Source: Endomicrobiia bacterium
GTDB lineage: Bacteria > Elusimicrobiota > Endomicrobiia > DTEH01
Assembly (NCBI GenBank): GCA_025059805.1
Contig: JANXDG010000035.1
Span: forward strand, 60,842 to 124,841
Direction of reading: 5' to 3'
Length of the DNA: 64,000 nucleotides
The position numbers and the translations under genes are program-made. Below are positions 63,055 to 64,000 of this stretch, piece after piece. Numbering within the stretch: the stretch's first letter is position 1; each line of letters begins with the position of its first letter. A model generated the notes under the pieces. It did no database searches, was not told where the DNA came from, and was given only the letters and a program-made list of their open reading frames with translations.

Positions 63055-64000
63055 TTACAATAGTCCTTCTGTTTCGTTCAACCCAAACATCAAATTCATA
63101 TTCTGCACTGCTTGCCCAACTGCACCTTTTATTAAATTATCAATAGCAACAAAAATTTTTATCCAACACGAACCTTCTTCCTTTGCAAAAGAAATATCAC
63201 AATAGTTCGTTTTTATAACATTTCTTGTTTCTGGAAGTTTACCTTCATCAAGAATTCTTATAAATGTACAATCTTTATAAAAACTAATATACTGTTTACG
63301 AATATCTACAAGGTTCAAACTATTATCCATAAATTTAACATAAATTGTTGTAAGCATACCTTGATATTGTGGAATTACATAAGGAGTAAACAAAAAATTA
63401 ATTTCTTTTTTTGCCAGTTCCGCAAGTTGTTCTTTTATCTCAGGGATATGTCTGTGTTTACCATAAACGTTATAAGGATAGGTGTTATTACCACCATAAG
63501 ATTCATATTCAGTTACTAACTTCTTACCTCCGCCTGAGTACCCACTTTTTGCATCTATAATTATCTCATCTATCTCATATTGGCTTACAATAGGTGATAA
63601 ACCAAGTATTACTGTTGTAGGGTAACATCCAGGATTCGCAACAAAGTTTGACCTTTTAATCTTTTCCTTTCTTGTAGGTTCGCATTCTGGTAATCCATAA
63701 ACAAATAGATCAACTAAGTGAGGAAGTTGATGTTGACAACCATAAAACTCTTCATAAAGTTTCACATTTTTAATCCTAAAATCTGCACTAAGATCTATAA
63801 CCCTGGGTAGATTTTTCTCCCCCACAACATCTATGCAAGCTTTAAGAAAATCCATTGATACTTTATGAGGTAAACATAGAAAAATTAAGTCAATGTTTTC
63901 ATTAGAGATTAATCTATACGTTTTACTATCAAATGTTGTAAGTATTTTAATATCACCTACCTCCTCAAAAATTTCTTCACTAATAGTATGTGGCGTAAAC
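63055..64000 (-). CDS. argC: N-acetyl-gamma-glutamyl-phosphate reductase (5'-truncated by window edge)
   Basis: Frame stays open to the window edge and includes DLIFLCLPH; IDLSADFR, YGLPE, ANPGCYPT, SGYSGGG, HRHIPE, DNLIKGA.GQAVQN. Confidence 0.95.
   Translation of the reverse strand, partial: FTPHTISEEIFEEVGDIKILTTFDSKTYRLISNENIDLIFLCLPHKVSMDFLKACIDVVGEKNLPRVIDLSADFRIKNVKLYEEFYGCQHQLPHLVDLFVYGLPECEPTRKEKIKRSNFVANPGCYPTTVILGLSPIVSQYEIDEIIIDAKSGYSGGGKKLVTEYESYGGNNTYPYNVYGKHRHIPEIKEQLAELAKKEINFLFTPYVIPQYQGMLTTIYVKFMDNSLNLVDIRKQYISFYKDCTFIRILDEGKLPETRNVIKTNYCDISFAKEEGSCWIKIFVAIDNLIKGAVGQAVQNMNLMFGLNETEGLL

Overview
AT-rich bacterial chromosomal segment, standard genetic code, with essentially every gene on the minus strand (one credible plus-strand CDS, an AEC transporter). 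No CRISPR array, rRNA, transposase, integrase or prophage was recognised. The left 22.4 kb is one tightly coupled run of genes: a MoxR-associated envelope module (DUF58, BatA-VWA, DUF4159, VWA-GATase, DUF4175, TPR-gluzincin; MoxR itself absent) with five glycosyltransferases placed inside it. These are three tandem TMEM260/DUF2723-like putative protein O-mannosyltransferases with TPR tails, a GT39/ArnT-like enzyme split by a 1-nt frameshift in an A7 tract, and an MGDG-synthase-like GT28. The run ends with DUF2851 and a tRNA nucleotidyltransferase. The rest is mostly housekeeping: ssnA, gdhA, pyrE, smpB, moeA, mobB, ssb, cysE, an orphan V-ATPase D subunit, M23-bactofilin, split fumarase, ilvDBN, cimA, hisDB, murA, prmC-prfA-rpmE, ispH, cmk, aroA-tyrA-aroF-hisC-pheA, prfB (programmed +1 frameshift), tRNA-Leu(GAG), secG, pgk, gap, recX, argJ and a partial argC. 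The best leads are the glycosylation cluster, an identical non-canonical GGQ loop ([13 protein letters not shown]) in both RF1 and RF2, and MraZ-box-like 10-bp-period repeats at the left edge. An Elusimicrobiota-like origin is only my impression and is unverified. All family calls come from motif recognition by eye; no searches were run.
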